A stretch of DNA of 63,384 nt, the filler included, from Stramenopiles sp. TOSAG23-6 (lineage: Eukaryota): NCBI GenBank assembly GCA_900128565.1. It is 12 parts of 12 records of this genome, joined end to end, with 100 filler letters (N's around TTAATTAATTAA, not from the genome) between each part and the next. Parts side by side here need not be neighbours in the genome. Positions count along the whole stretch, not along the records: positions 33,519 to 40,089 come from LT636676.1; positions 40,190 to 46,744 come from LT636678.1; positions 46,845 to 53,392 come from LT636679.1; 9 more parts are not named here. One strand, written 5' to 3'. How positions within the stretch are numbered: the first letter of the stretch is position 1; each line of letters opens with the position of its first letter. Of this stretch, positions 36,021 to 47,919 are shown piece after piece. Under the pieces are notes generated by a model. It did not search any database. It was not told the origin of the DNA and saw only the letters and a program-made list of their open reading frames with translations. The position numbers and the translations under genes were made by a program.

Positions 36021-37139
36021 TTACTGTTCTTCAAAAGGTGCAGCAGCCATCGTCCTAGCTACTTCAGTTCCTACAACCTTTGCAAGTTGAGTACGTCTTG
36101 TCGTTTCATTATGAATAATTTGTGATGTCACGAAATCAAAGGCTTTGGTAATATCGTCCGTAAAAAATAATCGTTTGCGATCAGAAGGTGATACAGTGCC
36201 TCTTTCTACAAGTAAATCCCAATTAATTGCTGATTTCCAATATTTTTCTCCAAATAATACAACAGGAATGGATGAAGTCTTTCCACATTGCATTAAGGTC
36301 ATGGCTTCAAATAATTCATCACAAGTACCTAATCCTCCAGGCATCACTACAATAGCACGTGCTGGCATAGTCATCCAAAATTTACGTGTAAAAAAATAAT
36401 GAAATTCAAAAGCTAACTCAGGATGAACGTACGGATTACGAAGTCTATATTCCCCAACCCTAGTCAAATTTTCTTGTACGCCGAAAGGCTTTGGCATTGT
36501 CACTGACATTCCGATACTTTTTGCACCAGGAACTAAAGATGCACCATGATTAGCAGCTGCCATAAACCCTGGTCCACCTCCTGTACATATATAATGCTTG
36601 TCAATCGCAAAGTTACCACCTCTATTTGAACCCCAGAATGCCAAACGATGAGCTAAATCTTTGGCTTTTTCATAGTACGAACATAACCAAGACGTCTTTT
36701 GGAGACGTTTTATTTGTTTTTCTAGATTATCTTTTGTCGCTGTAGTCGTTGTAGAAGATGCTAATTCTGATTCTAGTCTTTTTAACGTACTTGTGTGTTC
36801 GTCTTTAGGAAGAGCGGTACTACTACCCATGAACAGAATAGTGTTGAACACTGCATGCTTCTTTAACTGGTCTTTTGGATACTGTATGAGAATAATATAT
36901 TATTACTATAATGAAACATGAGCGAAATGAAGTATACATGATATATAAATGTATGTGGAAACAATTTTAAATGGGAAACGAACCTGGTATTCACAAAGAA
37001 CTCGTATGGGACGCGCAGCTGGCGATAATAGAAATTCTTCATTGTCGTACGCTTTAGTAGTTGGTACATAATCACGTGAACTAAAGAACTCCGCAGTAGG
37101 TGGTTCGTCACCACTAGAAAATGCTTTTGAACTCGACAT
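36021..37139 (-). CDS. LOG family / lysine-decarboxylase-like nucleotide phosphoribohydrolase (exons 37139-36984, 36881-36021)
   Basis: ICTGGGPGFMAAAN, FEFHYFFTRKFWM, PGGLGTCDELFE. Confidence 0.88.
36882..36983 (-). other. Canonical GT-AG intron (102 nt)
   Basis: CAG|GTTCGT...CATACAG|TAT; in-frame join CEYQYPKDQL; lacks TACCTAAC. Confidence 0.85.
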
Positions 37140-37387
37140 TTTTACTTGTCCGATGATTCTTTTAAATCTATATTGAAAACTTTTTCTTTTCTACGAAAAA
37201 AATTATTGTTTTTTTTTGACTTCGTTCGTTCGCAAATTTTTCTTCTCCGTTTCTTCGAATCGACGAAGAATCAAAAAAGGTACCGGGTACCCAAAAAAAA
37301 ATAACGGTTTCCGGTTACTATTTTTTTACACTACAAATCATATTGCATTCTTTATTACTTTATAGTTCCAAAACATACAACAAGAAC

Positions 37388-38403
37388 ATGAGTGCAGCTC
37401 TTAAAGCGAGACTCGCAAAATTGAAGGCTGCAAAGGCAGCGTCAATGCTCGCCAAAAATGAAGACAGTCCATCTCCTCGAAAAGATACAGCTGAAGGAAT
37501 GAATACAACGTCAATGGGGTCAATGGGTAATATGAGAGTGAGCACAGACTCAACATTGGGTACACAACTAGATAGTCCAGTAAACGTGGGATCTCCCGTA
37601 AATCGCATGCGTATGTCACGGAAGAGTTCACTTACATCACAGAGAAAGTCTGAAGGATTTATTTTAAGCCAATCGGACGCAGATAAAACTCCAGAAGTTC
37701 ATATAATGGGATCCATTGTTGGTGGACTCGGTTTTGAGTCTGGCGTATCCGTTCGTTGGTCTCTAGTCACAGGTCGTGGATGGAAACATCTAGAGGGTAA
37801 GCTAAGTGGTCAAACACAATTTGATTATCCTGAAGGACGTTATGATGATAATACGCAAATGTGTGTCTGGGCTCATCCAATTGATGCTCATTATACTACG
37901 CGAACTTTACAAGGATGGCCTCGTCTGTTAGTTCATGTTTGGCAACTTGATCAACATGGTTGTTGTTCTTTGACAGGTTATGGCCAGTGTAGTATCCCAT
38001 GTAGAGCAGGACATCATAAAGTGGAATGTCATACTTGGAGACCAGCAGGTAGTACAGGAGAAGAATTGTTAAATTATTTTATAGGCGGTACGTTTCCATC
38101 ATTATTACTATTTTCAATCATTCAACTATAATTATTATTTTAGTTACGTAGTCGTGTAATTTTATGTTGTAACAAAACAATACGCAAAATAGAGTACTGA
38201 GCATATACCTAACAAACTATATTGAACTCTTTGACATATTCTCTTACAATAAATGAACCCCCCGGTTAAAAACGGATGAAATTTTATTTAAGAAAGCCTG
38301 GGAGGATCGATGTAGAATCAACACTGTTGGTTCTGGAAAGATGATGGTTGAAGTATCAGTATTACTCAAACACTTTGGAGATGCAGATATTGATATATTA
38401 TAA
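37388..38403 (+). CDS. B9D2: B9 domain protein 2, ciliary transition zone (exons 37388-38087, 38255-38403)
   Basis: EVHIMGSIVGG, GQTQFDYP, WAHPIDAHY, GWPRL, TWRP; C-terminal FIGGTPRL...RCRINTVGSG..VSVLLKHF recovered after splicing. Confidence 0.88.
38088..38254 (+). other. Divergent GT-AT intron (167 nt)
   Basis: G|GTACGT...TACCTAAC...ACATATTCTCTTACAATAAAT|GA. Confidence 0.85.
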
Positions 38404-38728
38404 CTAGGTTATTGTTGCATTATTAATTGGTTATTATTAGGTTATTTTTAGGTTATTATTAGGTTATTATTAGGGGTTATTAGTAGCTTGTATAATACAA
38501 TTTGTTGTAGTGAAATAGGTTTTTGTACTGTTACACACGCACAAGTGCGGTGTTTATATACAAGAATCCATCTATGAGATCTATGTTGATTGTATACTGG
38601 TCTAAAATACGAATAAAATTTACTATTAAAATCATAATTTTAATGGCATAAAGCACAGTGTATCAAGGAGTTGTTCATTTATAATTGTTAAGCATTGTTT
38701 TGGTACACAATGTACACGAAGTAAAAAG

Positions 38729-39232
38729 TTAAACTGTTGATTCAAGATTCTGACGAATATCTTTAGCAACTTTTTTAACCAAACTGGTTCTTTCTTTATC
38801 TGTCTTTCCAAGTGAATCAAGTTCATCTCTCACTGGATTCTGTCCTACAAAACCTTTCCGCAAGTGTTTCGTCATTCTAATTCCTTTTTTCTTTTGGAGG
38901 TGCGCTTGCCACTCTTCTGCCGATACTATATTACACCACTGCCTCTTTTTTATCTTATCCTTTGTAAAATGAACATGACCCTCATGTAATGCAAATAGAG
39001 TGTGATCCTTTCCCATGCCCATGCCTTTTCCAGGATGAAATTTCGTCCCTCTCTGGCGGACAATGATATTTCCTGGCTTGACCCAATGACCGCCAAATCT
39101 CTTGACGCCTAGATATTTTGGAAGCGAAGATCTACCATTATTTGTTGACCCACCTGCTTTTTTCGTCGCAAATCGAACCAATCGTGGGCATATAAACATT
39201 GGAGATTGTAGACGAAGTATTGAACATGACAT
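38729..39232 (-). CDS. MRPL27: Mitochondrial ribosomal protein bL27
   Basis: Presequence, then [47 protein letters not shown]. Confidence 0.93.
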   Translation of the reverse strand: MSCSILRLQSPMFICPRLVRFATKKAGGSTNNGRSSLPKYLGVKRFGGHWVKPGNIIVRQRGTKFHPGKGMGMGKDHTLFALHEGHVHFTKDKIKKRQWCNIVSAEEWQAHLQKKKGIRMTKHLRKGFVGQNPVRDELDSLGKTDKERTSLVKKVAKDIRQNLESTV

Positions 39233-39464
39233 GTTGAAGGACTATTGCTGCTGTTGTATATCAATGATTACGTACTACTAGGTACTATGTATACTACGTA
39301 ATTGCTCAAGAGAGAGAGAGAAAATGAGCTTGTTTGTTTGTGAACACGTGCNANCAAAAAAAAANCACAGATTTNGTGTTTTTNACTGTTTTTTATTACC
39401 AAAAAAAACATTTTTTTTGTCTTCAAAAAATTAAATGATTCAATCATTAAACCCTAACCCTAAA

Positions 39465-40019
39465 TTAAACAGCCGGATTCCTATTGATGTAAGGCAATCG
39501 ACTTGCTTCAGCTTTAGGCCCTATTCTATCAATTTCAATATTTGTTACAATTTTAGGTGGTTGATAAGCTGGGATAGAGTCACTTTCTTGAATGGATTCT
39601 AAATTCAATTTCTTACGATTTTCTGTAGTTAATTTTGACTTTGATTCCATTTTTTTTAAGTGTTTAATTCGATTACGTAATGCATTTATACTCTTTGCTG
39701 AATGAATGGATTTTAGAGATTTCGATTCAGACATTAAACTTTGTATAACACTGACATATATTGTGAAAAATATTTTTTTTTGGAAAATTTGTTAGGTACG
39801 AAATTTCGTATGAAAAATTTTAAATTAAAAAAAAAAAATAAAACATATATCATCATCAAAACCATCGTTATATTTCTCTTCCAAATTAGGGTTAGGGTTA
39901 TCTTCGCCTAATTGTTCCCAATTTCGAATTATATCTTTACTTAGCTTCACACGGCTACTAGTATTTGATCTTCTTTCGGCTATTTTCTGAGTAATGGCTC
40001 GTTCTAGAGCATCTACCAT
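39465..40019 (-). CDS. Hypothetical protein, last two exons (40019-39849, 39755-39465)
   Basis: Two ORFs joined by intron 39756-39848; preceded by a truncated family intron. Confidence 0.6.
39756..39848 (-). other. Family intron with AT donor (ATATGT...TAT, 93 nt)
   Basis: GAT|ATATGTTTT...TACCTAAC...CACAATATAT|GTC; in-frame stop inside. Confidence 0.75.
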
Positions 40020-40237
40020 ATATATTGTATAAAAATATTTTTTTTTTTTTTTTTTTTTTTAGTAAAAAAAATCGTTAGGTAAAAATTTTNNNNNNNNNNN
40101 NNNNNNNNNNNNNNNNNNNNNNNNNNNNNNNNNTTAATTAATTAANNNNNNNNNNNNNNNNNNNNNNNNNNNNNNNNNNNNNNNNNNNNAATTTCTTACG
40201 AAAAAAATTAAATTTGAAATTAATTGTGAAAACGTAC

Positions 40238-41902
40238 ATATCCCTCACTACTATCGCCACCAACATACTGGTTCGGATTGATACGTCGAAGCGTTGCAGT
40301 ACAAACACCATGTACCGGGGATCCATTTTCTTTATACTGTATCCAACTTCCTTTAAATATGTCACCACCAGAATATTCCACTTCTTTTAATTTTATTGTT
40401 CTACGATTTTTTTCAGTATTTTTAGATTTTTCAAATGATGATGGAAAGCAGGCCAATTCAAATCTATCGGGGGCGAATAAGTTCATACGATTCGTATTAC
40501 TCAATGAGCAAATACGTTTTCCAGAAATTAAAATGTTTGTTTTATCATCCGTGTTTTTTGTTACACCAGTTATAGTTCTTGAATGTTTTGCTACGCCCGT
40601 TATCGTTCCTGAAATAGTTTGATTAAAATCAAGATGTTGTCTTTCAATGAAATTCTCTGTATTTGTATTTGATATCTGGGACGCATTTGAAAAAAAACAA
40701 ATATCCAATTCTCCAGGACCACTTGTTAAATGTAAACGAACATCTGCACGATTTAAATTTGCCGTGTTTGTCTCTGTAGAAGAACTTTTACTTGAACTAT
40801 TTTGTGTTTTTTTACTATATATATTACGATTTTCAATAGATTTGGCCCTGAGTATTTCCCATTCGCCCTCAATCCTATCAGCTTGAAAAGAAACTAGACG
40901 TACAGCAGATGATGCATCGCTTGTACCATTATTACAACTAAGGGCAATGTAATTAGAAAATACTTGTACTACACATGTACCATCCGCAACTTGTCCAGGT
41001 TTTAGTAGAAACGGAGCGGGACAACTTTTTGCTGATGAAGCATTTGACAGTGAAGAAGAATTAGGACTATTTTGAATTTGAACACTATTGCTTCTACTTC
41101 GAGCTCTACTACGGCTACGTTTTCGGACAGATGTTTGGTTCGTGATTGATTCGGCTTCTTGAGGCGGTAACAGTTGGAGAGTTGCAGACCCAAGAATATC
41201 ACTTGGGCAATGAGGATTAGCACTAGCTTTGGAGTTTCCACCGTTGATTGCTGTATGGAGACAAAGCCATACTGGAGATGAGGTATTTTTTTTATTATTA
41301 TTGACAACATTTTCATTATTAGGCCCCCCCATGACGACTACACGAACCCGCCAGAGTCCATTAGGTAGTTGGAGACGCCATCGAAGAGCTTTATCGCTTG
41401 AGAGATTTCGTCCTGGTAGTAAAGTGACTGTATTTTCAAGTATTAACTCAGTATCATTCGTTCCATTAGTAGTCGACGTGAGAGGGGCTTCACTACCACG
41501 TGTAGATGGGTATCTGCGATCAAAACTCATTGAATAGGGTTTGGAACTATCTGTGGTATGATCAAACTCTTTATCAAATTCGTGACCATCAAATGAGTGT
41601 GTCCAACCGAAACGAACAGGTACAGAACAATCGTATCGCTGAGAAGTATTATCTAAAGTAGCCCATGGAGAAGTATCGTATGATTGGGGATCTACAGGTA
41701 ATTCTATTGAAGGGGAAGAATGAAACGATTTCCCCGAGTCGTTTAAATACTTTCGCCCGTTCAGACCTTGAAGGTCAGTGTCCGACTCTAAATCTGTAGT
41801 AAAGTTTATGTATACACTAGAAGTATTACTCATTACACGGCGGACGGCAGCATCGGATAACTCTGGGAGTGCTACACCACAAGTACTTTGAGATATACCC
41901 AT
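40238..41902 (-). CDS. Hypothetical protein, first exon (possible N-myristoylation MGISQS)
   Basis: 555-codon open frame ending at family donor GTACGT (40237). Confidence 0.65.
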
Positions 41903-42139
41903 TATAAAAAGAGAAAAATCGCAAAGACGGGATTACCGTCTATTCATCAAAATACCTGATAGATAGTAAGTGATTTTATATAGGATTCAAAAATCTCACG
42001 CATTGGATTAGTAGCTAAAGTTGTGGAAATACAAATACCCTTTTCAATTTCAAAGCTTTTTCAAAGAAGAACGATTCAAGAACTTTCTCCCTTTTTTATT
42101 ATAACAGGTTTGTTCCACAAAATTTTTTTCTCCAAAAAA

Positions 42140-42212
42140 AGCAACTTGACGGAATCGAACCGTCGACCTACACATTACAAGTGTGTCGCTCTACCAACTG
42201 AGCTAAAGCTTT
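42140..42212 (-). tRNA. tRNA-Thr(UGU) with mismatched first two acceptor pairs
   Basis: TAGCTCAGTTGGTAGAGC D-arm; ACACA-CTTGTAA-TGTGT anticodon arm; GACGG-TTCGATT-CCGTC T-arm; followed by a T run. Confidence 0.75.
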
Positions 42213-42639
42213 TTTTTTCTGATGCGACAACAACACCATACACAAAAAACTGACATTGACACTAAATATTTTTGTTTTACCATTTTTGTAATTATAACTA
42301 GTTTTTTTTTTGCTAATCGGATGAACCTTTTACATTTTTATTTTTTAGTTATGTAGTCTATAGAGATGCTTTTATATCGTTTGATAATATTATATTTCTG
42401 TAATATTATGATTAATATGTTTATCAAGGCTTGCGGCTTGATATTGATTTGATTGCTTCGAAAAAAAAACTAAAACAAATAGGGTTAGGGCAAAAAACGC
42501 GAACGTTGCTCCTACGTATATGTTCGATTTCAAATCAAAAGCTTTTTTTTGTCTGGCTTTCATAAAAAGAAGTCTTTTTAGGTAATAAATATTTCTCATC
42601 TCATCCCAAGATTGCCTGTTATCAACGCATTGGATTACA

Positions 42640-45600
42640 ATGGGACAATCTCTTGGTAAAAATGTCTTGGTTTTTCAATCAGGAAAATTTCACCATCCCG
42701 GTGGAATTTTTCCTTTTGTTGAAGGAAAAGATTGGGACGAAGCAAAGGCGAAGCACTCAGCTTTCATTCGCGCGGTACAAAAAAATCTTTTAAATACAAC
42801 TTTCTTATCCAGCATATTAAAGGGCGATGCTGCATTTGTTACATCTGCGATTGAATATTATCAAAATTCATCTGATGAGTACACATCGGAACATTCTGTA
42901 AACAGTGCACACCTCAGCGCAAAATTAGATGCGGAGCATCTTCTCGAAGGTCTTTCTAGTTCACGCCCTCCGAGTTCTCCATTTGTGTCTACCTTACAAC
43001 GTCGATTAATGGCTCTCTTGGCACTAAATCCGCTTATAAAAGCAGAGAGAAAATCTGTGGGCCAACGATACGTGAAGCGTACTTTAGGTGCACCTGCAGC
43101 TACAGTTACTACAACAGAAATCTGTCTATCCACTATGTCTGCACTCGTACAACATTTAAGCTTTGAAAAATCACAGCAATATACTTTATCACACACAATC
43201 AATGTTCTTGAAGATGCGTTGTCCCAATACAAACCATTGTCTTTATTTAAAGATTGGTGTATGTTTTACTTTTTTTCAATTTCGAATTTATTTTTTGTAC
43301 GAAGTTTTGTACCTAACAAATTTAAGTTTTTTTTTTTTGAAATATTTTTCCAACGTACATCACCGCCTCCAGCAGCTCCTGAAACCTCACTTTGTTTGGA
43401 TCCAAAATGGGTTCGCTCAACCGTACAAGACTCAAATTTCCCAGCAACACGCGCTATAGATGGCCGAGGTCGAGATTCTTACTGGAAGACATGTATGTTT
43501 TATTTTTTTTTTCAACAAAAAAAATCGATTTTTTTTTCATACGAAATTTTGTACCTAACAAATTTTTTAAGATTTTTTTTTGAAATATTTTTCCAAAATC
43601 CATATTCATCTCCAGCTAATGCAGAGTTCTATATAACTCTAGAAAAGCCTAAAAAAATTGCATCTCTAGTGATTTTTTGGGCACAGGATGACTATGGCAG
43701 TCTTTGGGCACCCGAAAGTTGGAGTATCAGCTCTTCTTCGGATGGAAAAACTTGGAAAAAAGTATCAACTTTTTCAAACAAACAAACTATTTCCAGAATT
43801 AAAGCTTCACAACAACGTCTTCCTTTGAAAGGATTGTTCACTCGGTACATTCGTATTTCATTCCATGGATTTCATTCTTTCAACTCAGAAGGGGCGCGAT
43901 ACTATGGAATTTGGAGAATGTCGGTAAATGTTGCAAAACCAGGTATACTACTGAATAATAGTAAAAGTGTAATCGAAGACCTTCAAAAGTGGTTACTGCG
44001 TGCTTCCAAGCAGTCTAAATTAAGATCAGGCGCTTTATCGTGCATGTTTTCTTTATATATTGCTTCGGGTTCTCTGCAATCTGCTCTCATGTTAGTTTTG
44101 GCTCTTCTACGAGGCGATCCGTTCATAAAAAAGGGGGATATCTATGAAAATAACCCTCTCGCTACCCGCAAAGGTTCAAAGAAATTAAAGTGTAAAGATA
44201 CCAATACCAAACCCAACGCAGGAGGTAAAGTTATCATCTCAGCATCTACTAGTCCAAAATCAAATCCATTGACGAAGACTTTGATCTGTAAAACAGAAGC
44301 ATACTTCAAAGATGTTTTTCAGAGGGAACGTAATGCTAAGAATAAATATGGGTATCTTGGTAAGAATAAGTCTATAGCAACCGCCTGTTTTGATAGAAAA
44401 TGTATGACTCGTTCATGTCTTGAGTTATCAAATTCGAATACTCGAGTGCACTCCAAGGAAGGATGTCATGATTCATATGTTTTGCTCAATATGGGTTTTG
44501 AAACTGGTCGGTGGGCATGGGAATTTGAATTGGCGACTCAAATTAGTTTTGGTGACGAATGTGTCGCATTAGGTATTGCGCGAAAGCCTGTTCATTCGGC
44601 ATCGTACCAAAGTAGTAAAGAATTTTGGATGTATCGTTGTTACAACGGGGAACTGTATGAGCATGGTCTGAAGAAATCACGGCGATGTGATCCTATTCAT
44701 GCGGGCGATACGGTTCGTTGTTGTCTAGATATGTATGCTGGGACACTCTCGTATAAAATAAAAGGTGGGAAATCGCAAGGCGTCGTCTTTGAAGGAATTA
44801 CGGGTAAAGTATGGCCTGCAGTGAGCATATACAGTTCTCAACAAGGAGTTACTTTTATTGCTTTAGAACAATGCGATGCAAGTTATACATCTTCTTGTAT
44901 GACGGAGCTGTCAGCATTGGACCCACATGCGCTTCCAGGTTGTGGTGAAATTTCAAGTACAAATAATCAAGAACAAGTCACATCGATCGGGAATTCTCCA
45001 AAACGTGAATCATTGCCATTAGATTTTCCATCTCGATCGAGAACTAGTAATATTCGCAATCACCAAAGAAATAATCAGGAGTTTTGGTTTGGTCATTTAC
45101 GTGAAGGTCTCCGTCATGGCGAAGCTGTTTTCTTTGACCCTGACATGGAGTGTTTTTGGTATGGGACATGGATTGATGGTAGACAACATGGCTTAAGTAT
45201 ACGAAAAAAAATAAAGAAAGGTAAAACGCCGGACGTACAAATAGCTGCTTTTGCAAATTTTACCACCTGGCCGAATTTAGATGCAATTTCGGATGATGAT
45301 ATAGAAAATAGTATCATCTGCTTATTCAATTATGGTCGTAATATTCGACGAGCCACGAGCAGAGATATAGAAAGCCAAATCGATTTTATGTCACCAAAGT
45401 GGCGACGTTTCTGTGGCTTTTCTGAGAATATATATAGTGGTATGAAGTACAATACTGATATTACTGGCCAACTATTTGAAAATGTCTCAGGTATAGATGA
45501 ATTTAATATCTCTTTTTCAGATGAATTTAATGTTTCTCACGAGGAACAATATCTTGCTAGTCGAATATTACTTTCACTTGCGCGTCTTTCCAGTGCAAAC

Positions 45601-46687
45601 TCGATTGGCTCGGACAAGATCAATAATCATAGCAATATGATTGGTATTAACTTGGATGAAGAATATTGTTTTGAGCCGAGTCTTTCGACCTTTAAAATCT
45701 TGTTACCTCTTTTAACAATGATTGTTCGACGTTTGGATTGTTTGAATAGTTATATAGCCGTTGCAACCGCGAGTAATCAAGAAATAAATGAAAAACAAGA
45801 AGAAGAAAACGGCAATCAAAATGAAAAGACAAAATTCAAAGTAGAAATCAAACGTATTGAGAATCTAATACGTTCGACACTCCGACTATTAGAAAGTAAC
45901 TTTGATCGCATTGTTGCTTTAAATATTGATCCAGTCGAGGTTGATTTACAATGCAATAATGATTACAACGACAAAAAAGATGTGGACAAAAATGTATGTT
46001 TTATTTTTTTCAAATTCGATTTTTTTTCGTACGAAATTGTGTACCTAACGATATTTTTTTGAAATATTTTTCCAAAATACATCCGTCGTCCAACCCAAAT
46101 GAAGTAATGGAAAAATTCCACAATATATTAGAACAATTACTTGTAAAGCCATATCCACATATTTTACAATATAGAGCAGCAAAAGTAATTTCATCTGGTT
46201 TACTTTTCTTATATCCAACGCCAAATCAACGAGCTGAGTTGTTACATTCTTTGATTGTACAACAAGCATCTACCCCCTTTAAGCCTGTAAGTGCTCGTTA
46301 TGTCCTTCTTGTCCAATTACTTCGTCGATTCAGCAATACATCAGGAATAGTTACTCTCCTTCCCATAAATAGCGACGATGTGAATACGCATAGACCAAAA
46401 AATGTAAAAAAACTGTCTTTTCCAATTATAAAACTTTTATCGCAAGTATTTGAGGTTGTCGTATCAGAAAGCTTGAAAGAAATCAATGATAATATTGAGT
46501 ACTTTCAAAATCAAAAAGATGGTAATACAAAAAATAGAAATGATTCTACAAGTGAGTACGATAAAAACGGTAACTTTAACAGAACCATTGGAATAAATTG
46601 CACTGATAACTCAAGTAATAACCTATGGTCGACCACACTAGTAAGTAAGGCATTTACTTCCGAAATGCTAGATTATGAAGAGTCCGT
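42640..46687 (+). CDS. Giant protein with F5/8-type C (discoidin), SPRY and MORN-like segments, likely E3-ligase-type (exons 42640-43258, 43361-43492, 43604-45993, 46083-46687; 3' partial)
   Basis: RAIDG..SYW, SSDGKTW, TRYIRI; GRWAWEF..VALGIA..GDTVRCCLDMYAGTLSY..WPAVS; WYGTWIDGRQHG. Confidence 0.72.
43259..43360 (+). other. GT-AT intron (102 nt, stopless, read through by the ORF track)
   Basis: T|GTATGT...TACCTAAC...CGTACAT|CA. Confidence 0.8.
43493..43603 (+). other. GT-AT intron (111 nt, stopless, read through by the ORF track)
   Basis: ACAT|GTATGT...AATCCAT|AT; removal gives a compact discoidin segment SYWKTYSSPANAEF. Confidence 0.8.
45994..46082 (+). other. GT-AT intron (89 nt)
   Basis: No AG inside; the next AG (46104) is followed by an in-frame TAA; the AT end joins both ORFs. 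Confidence 0.88.
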
Positions 46688-46844
46688 GCATGTTTTATTT
46701 TTTTTCAAATTCGATTTTTTTTTCGTACGAAATTTTGTACCTAANNNNNNNNNNNNNNNNNNNNNNNNNNNNNNNNNNNNNNNNNNNNTTAATTAATTAA
46801 NNNNNNNNNNNNNNNNNNNNNNNNNNNNNNNNNNNNNNNNNNNN

Positions 46845-47818
46845 TGTGTATGATGATGTATGTTTCAGATTTCAATTTTTTTTTTTTTTTTTTTTTTTTA
46901 TACGAAATTTTTTACCTAACCAAAAAAAAAATGTTTTTTTTTTTTTGAAATATTTTCCCAAAATACATTCTTGCCACTGTTTTATATTATTATATTAATT
47001 TAAAAGGTGCTAAAAAAGATTATGGAGATACTGTTAGAGGTATCCAATTAGCTGCAGCAAAGAAAGCTTTATTAGCCCTTAGAAATAAAGATATTAATGA
47101 TGATCGACCAGAACATTCAAAAAACTGGCGGCCACAATTACTTGTTTTAGTGAAATTAGTAGAAAAAAAAACACCTAACCCTAACCCTAACATTGATTTG
47201 AATACAGTTAATTTTTCAGAGTATTCCAAAAATCAAAATGGTAATGAAAATGTAAAAAATAAAAGTGTTTTTACAGTGAGTAGACCAGCATTATTAGATG
47301 TCGCACAAATGATGAAAAAAGGACGAGGATTAACGATGTACGTTTTCAAAAATTAATTTTTTTTAATTTTTTTTAATTTTTTTAATTTTTTTTTTTTTAC
47401 TATGAAAATTTTGTACCTAACAAATATTTGTACTACACTTTTTTTTGACAATACATGATTCGTTCTTTTATACATGGTAGTGTTGTTACTCCTCATGATA
47501 ATGAACATAGACGTCCTGCGGCTATTTCATCATTAAATACTGCAGTAACAAAAGCAAAGATTAATGGATTTGTTGGTGTTACTGTACGTTTTATTTTTTT
47601 TTCAATTTTTTTTTCGTACGTAATTTCGTACCTAACAAATTTTACAAAACACAAAATTTTAATTTTTTTTTCAATTTTTTTTTCGTACGCAATTTCGTAC
47701 CTAACAAATTTTACAAAACACAAAATTTCATAATACATGTGGCAAGAGAATTTAAAACTGGAATGGATTGTATTCTTCAAGAAGTCGGCTTAGCAGGACT
47801 TACACCAAATGCTATAAT
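46845..47818 (+). CDS. SLC12 cation-chloride cotransporter fragment (exons 46845-46857, 46969-47337, 47457-47583, 47739-47818)
   Basis: KGAKKDYGDTVRG, HSKNWRPQLLVL, KKGRGLTM, KINGFVGVTVAREFKTGMDCILQEVGLAGLTPNAI. Confidence 0.88.
46858..46968 (+). other. GT-AT intron (111 nt)
   Basis: GAT|GTATGT...TACCTAAC...AATACAT|TC; little upstream context to test the frame. Confidence 0.75.
47338..47456 (+). other. GT-AT intron (119 nt)
   Basis: No AG inside; join GLTMIRSFIHG. Confidence 0.85.
47584..47738 (+). other. GT-AT intron (155 nt) with tandemly duplicated branch module
   Basis: ACT|GTACGT...AATACAT|GTG; the next AG would give a stop. Confidence 0.88.
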
Positions 47819-47919
47819 GTATGTTTTAGTTTTTTTTTCAAATTCGATTTTTTTTCGTACGAAATTTCGTACCTAATGATTTTTTTAGATTTTTTTTTAA
47901 ATATTTTTCCAAAATACAT
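47819..47919 (+). other. GT-AT intron (101 nt) joining two apparently different genes
   Basis: Full consensus (branch motif TACCTAAT); in frame. Confidence 0.75.

Noticed and set aside
45992-46080. Classical U12 AT-AC introns
   Set aside because: The AT..AC register works only where the exon ends in AT and creates a stop at 43257; ATATCCTT and TCCTTAAC are absent.
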